A stretch of DNA of 64,000 bases. It comes from Lama glama. Taxonomy: Eukaryota. Each line of letters opens with the position of its first letter. Within the stretch, counting starts at the first letter, position 1. Below the pieces are notes generated by a model. That model searched no databases. It had not been told where the DNA came from and saw nothing but the letters and a program-made list of their open reading frames with translations. The position numbers and the translations under genes are program-made. Below, piece after piece: positions 61,118 to 64,000 of the stretch. Location of the stretch: assembly GCA_028534125.1 (NCBI GenBank), contig CM052839.1, positions 8,556,001 through 8,620,000 on the forward strand, in the 5' to 3' direction.

Positions 61118-62619
61118 GTAAGAGATCGCCTCTCTAATCGCTTGCGGATCTAAGTTTCCCACGTTGGTCTAATTTTAACCTCAAGGATTTGGTTGCTCTT
61201 CAAATACGGGGAGTTTCATTTGATGAAGCATTGGAATTACTCGAAGATCCCTGAATCTTGTTACGATGAAATGAATCATTAGGAGTGCATGGGAAGTATA
61301 TGCATTGTTAGGAAATGTAAAAATCAGAAGCCTTTCTGTGTGCTTACAAGGAATAATTGTTTGGAGAATTGTATGACCTTATGCAGATGGGTGGTGGTAG
61401 ATTGTATGGGTTTTAAAGGCAGTCTTCCTTATTTTGTGCCTTTTTTTAGCCACAAGCGTAATTGTGGAAGCGTGAGCTGTAGAGCAGTTTTGAGCTCAGA
61501 ATCTAAGGTCCAGCCAAGTTCAAATCCTATATTGAGTGATGTTCTCTCTGGCGGTCACTTTACTTCTTAATACCTTGTACCTAATACGGGGATACACAGG
61601 CCACGCTAAGAATCACTTAGAGTGAGTCTTAAAATGCTGATTCCTTGGCCCTGCCCTAGAGATTCTGATTGACTGGGGCTAGGCTGGAGTTCAGCAGTGT
61701 TCATTATTTAACAAACACACCAGGCAGTCCTGATCTGGGCCCTTGTGATTCTGCAGAAGGTCTGATGTAGCTGTTGGTGAGGTTTCAGTGACCTGTGGCC
61801 TATGCACAGTGCCTTGCCTGCAGGTCAGGGATGGACAGTGGTGGAGACTGTAGTTATCACAGTGATGGTTGTTTGGTGCTTCCTCCCGCAAAGGTGCACC
61901 AAGTTTATAAAGCTAATACTTCTATTATAAATAGAAATGCATTAGTGCTAAAAACAAAAAAAACCTGGTGATCTCAGCACGTGCTTTGCTTGACTTTGAG
62001 CCCTTTCGATATGAAAAAATATAATGGATCCCTCTGATTATCTGGTTTTACGAGCACCGCTGTGCAAGGGTTACCTGGGGGACACAGCTTGAGAAGTGTT
62101 GCCTTCCTTGCCTGAGTCTGCAGTTAAACTCTAGAAGTCTAAAACAGCAGGGTGACGGAGGACCAGGCAAGTAAGGGCTCTGGAATCTCGGAGGAAGAGG
62201 AACTCGGGCGCCCGTCTCCTCCCCCTCCATCACTGCCTGCTCCCCCAGCCTGGCCCATTCTCCACTGCCGGAGGCCACGCCGCGCCCTGCGCCGCGGGCA
62301 TGTGCCTCTCTCTGCTTCCTGCCCCAGAGCAGAGCCTCCCTGATTTCGCTTGACCAGCCTTCTCATAACTGCTGACCACAGAGACTTCGTCCTTTGCGCT
62401 AGATCCTCAGACTCTGGCAACAGAGACAGATGGCTTCACTCCCACCTCCCTTATTGTCTTCAGTTCTTGTGTAAACCTTATCTTTCTGAGCCTTAGTTTT
62501 TCAGCTGTTAAAAAAAAGAAGATAAGCTGGTTATCAAAGTGAGCTTGTATAAAACATGTGATGTGTCCGACATTGTCTGTCTGCCCTGAACTTCCATATT
62601 TTAGGCAGAGAGGCTCTAA

Positions 62620-62900
62620 GGTGTAACAGTTAAGGGTGTGGGCGGGCTCTAGAACCTAGACTCACCTCCCAGCCCTGCCATTCACCGGCTGTGTGACCTT
62701 GGGAAAACCCACTGCCCTTTGCCTTGATTTCCCCATCTCTGAAATGGGAATCACAATACCACCTACCTGAGAGGGTTGTTGTAAGGAATAAAGGAGTTAA
62801 AATAAAGATACGGATATATAGATGACACAGAGGCAGACAGACAGACAGGTAGGTAGGGGTAGATATATATGGCGCTTAGTGTATAACACATAGTAAGCAG
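62620..62900 (+). mobile_element. MIR SINE
   Basis: ggctgtgtgaccttgggaaa...ccccatctctgaaatggga...cctacctgagagggttgttgtaagga core. Confidence 0.75.
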
Positions 62901-63716
62901 TATCTTTATGTCTAAAGTAGGAAGAATCTTCCCACTTATGTGACAGCTTTCCTGAGGTCGTTTTGATGTGCTGAACAATCATGTTGTTATTAATTTGGAA
63001 TGACCATATTCATAGACATGTCAGTAAGATTTTGTATCTGCAGTATTGCAGCCCTCAGCACGTGCCATTCATGAAGTCGTAATGAAGAATATTGGTCGTA
63101 CTGTTACCAATTTTTTGTTTTATAGTTTGACCTGGTATTGGTATTTATATCTAGAAATGTCCATAAAATCTTCCTAGCTGAGCTGTGTAATATTTTTTTT
63201 GAAAATAAGAGAAATGTAGAGAATCCTAGAATTACTAAAATGCATGTTTTTTTAAATGTCTCTTGGTATCTTAGAATGTGTTAAGTGTAAATTTATCTCA
63301 TGTCCTATTTTTATTTACTTATATATATATAAAATTGAGTTATTCAGAAGGGTGAAATACAATGGTATTAAATAGATGCTGAAAGAAGAAATTTCTTGAG
63401 ATTTTTCAGTGGAAATACTTGAGAAAGAATTCCTTCTGCTAGCCTTTCATTTTTTCCCTGTTATTTCTTAAGCAGTTCATCAATAGTATATCTCCACCAA
63501 ATAACTGTCCTTCCATGATTTCTGGTGCCTGGTAACTTTAAAGGAAAAGGTTTTGCGTTTCTATTTTTTAAGCGGACCTTTGCAGTTACATTGTGTTTGT
63601 TGACAAGCAGTGCTGGTTTTGCATGTTGGCCTGCAAAGCTCTAGTGAGGTTAGACTTATGTTTGTGGCACCCAGCAATTAACTTCTAGGTCTTTCACTGA
63701 TCAATATTCAGTCTTC

Positions 63717-63802
63717 GAGGGGGTGAGGGGTATAGCACAGTGGTGGGGCACATGCTTAGCATGCCTGAGATCCTGGGTTCAATCCCCAGTACCTCCATTA
63801 AC

Positions 63803-63842
<40 letters not shown>

Positions 63843-63854
63843 AATAAATTTAAA
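63717..63854 (+). mobile_element. tRNA-derived SINE (Vic-1-like) with (GAT)13 in its tail
   Basis: A/B boxes; degenerate TSD aatattcagtcttc (63703-63716) / aatattaagccttc (63855-63868). Confidence 0.88.
63804..63842. repeat. (GAT)13 microsatellite
   Basis: Perfect trinucleotide run. Confidence 0.95.
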
Positions 63855-64000
63855 AATATTAAGCCTTCAAACACAAGGTATATTGTGCAATTAGTGATTA
63901 GGTCTAGGCAGCCCTTGGCAAAATTAACCTGATCCTTTTGGTAAAAATGTGTTTTTATTTTGGTAAAGTATACCTAACATAAATTGTACCATTGTAACAG

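Noticed and set aside
63723-63932. Poly-Asp ORF
   Set aside because: Translation of a SINE plus the (GAT)13 microsatellite.

Overview
Mammalian genomic DNA, most likely a camelid, inferred from four tRNA-derived SINEs resembling the camelid Vic-1 family. The left half holds a complete 12-exon SLC13A5 (NaCT/mINDY sodium-citrate cotransporter) gene on the minus strand: ATG at 30740, stop at 8205-8207, 1710-nt CDS (569 aa), all introns GT-AG, with a CpG-island promoter. After a 500-N gap (33785-34284) the sequence is repeat-rich and intron-like, with a single recognisable coding exon: a 102-nt internal STX8 (syntaxin-8) exon on the plus strand at 61016-61117. No upstream STX8 exons were found, so the gap probably joins unrelated loci. 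I found no evidence of a new multi-gene system. The most notable items are (1) a tailless retrocopy of the 5' half of tRNA-Gly(GCC) with a perfect 16-bp target-site duplication, (2) the SLC13A5/STX8 junction, (3) a 1-nt frameshift altering the SLC13A5 C-terminus, (4) a tandem in-frame 5' splice site in SLC13A5 exon 4 and (5) an inverted SINE pair in the STX8 intron. Human comparisons and repeat family names are from memory, not from a search, and repeat boundaries are approximate.
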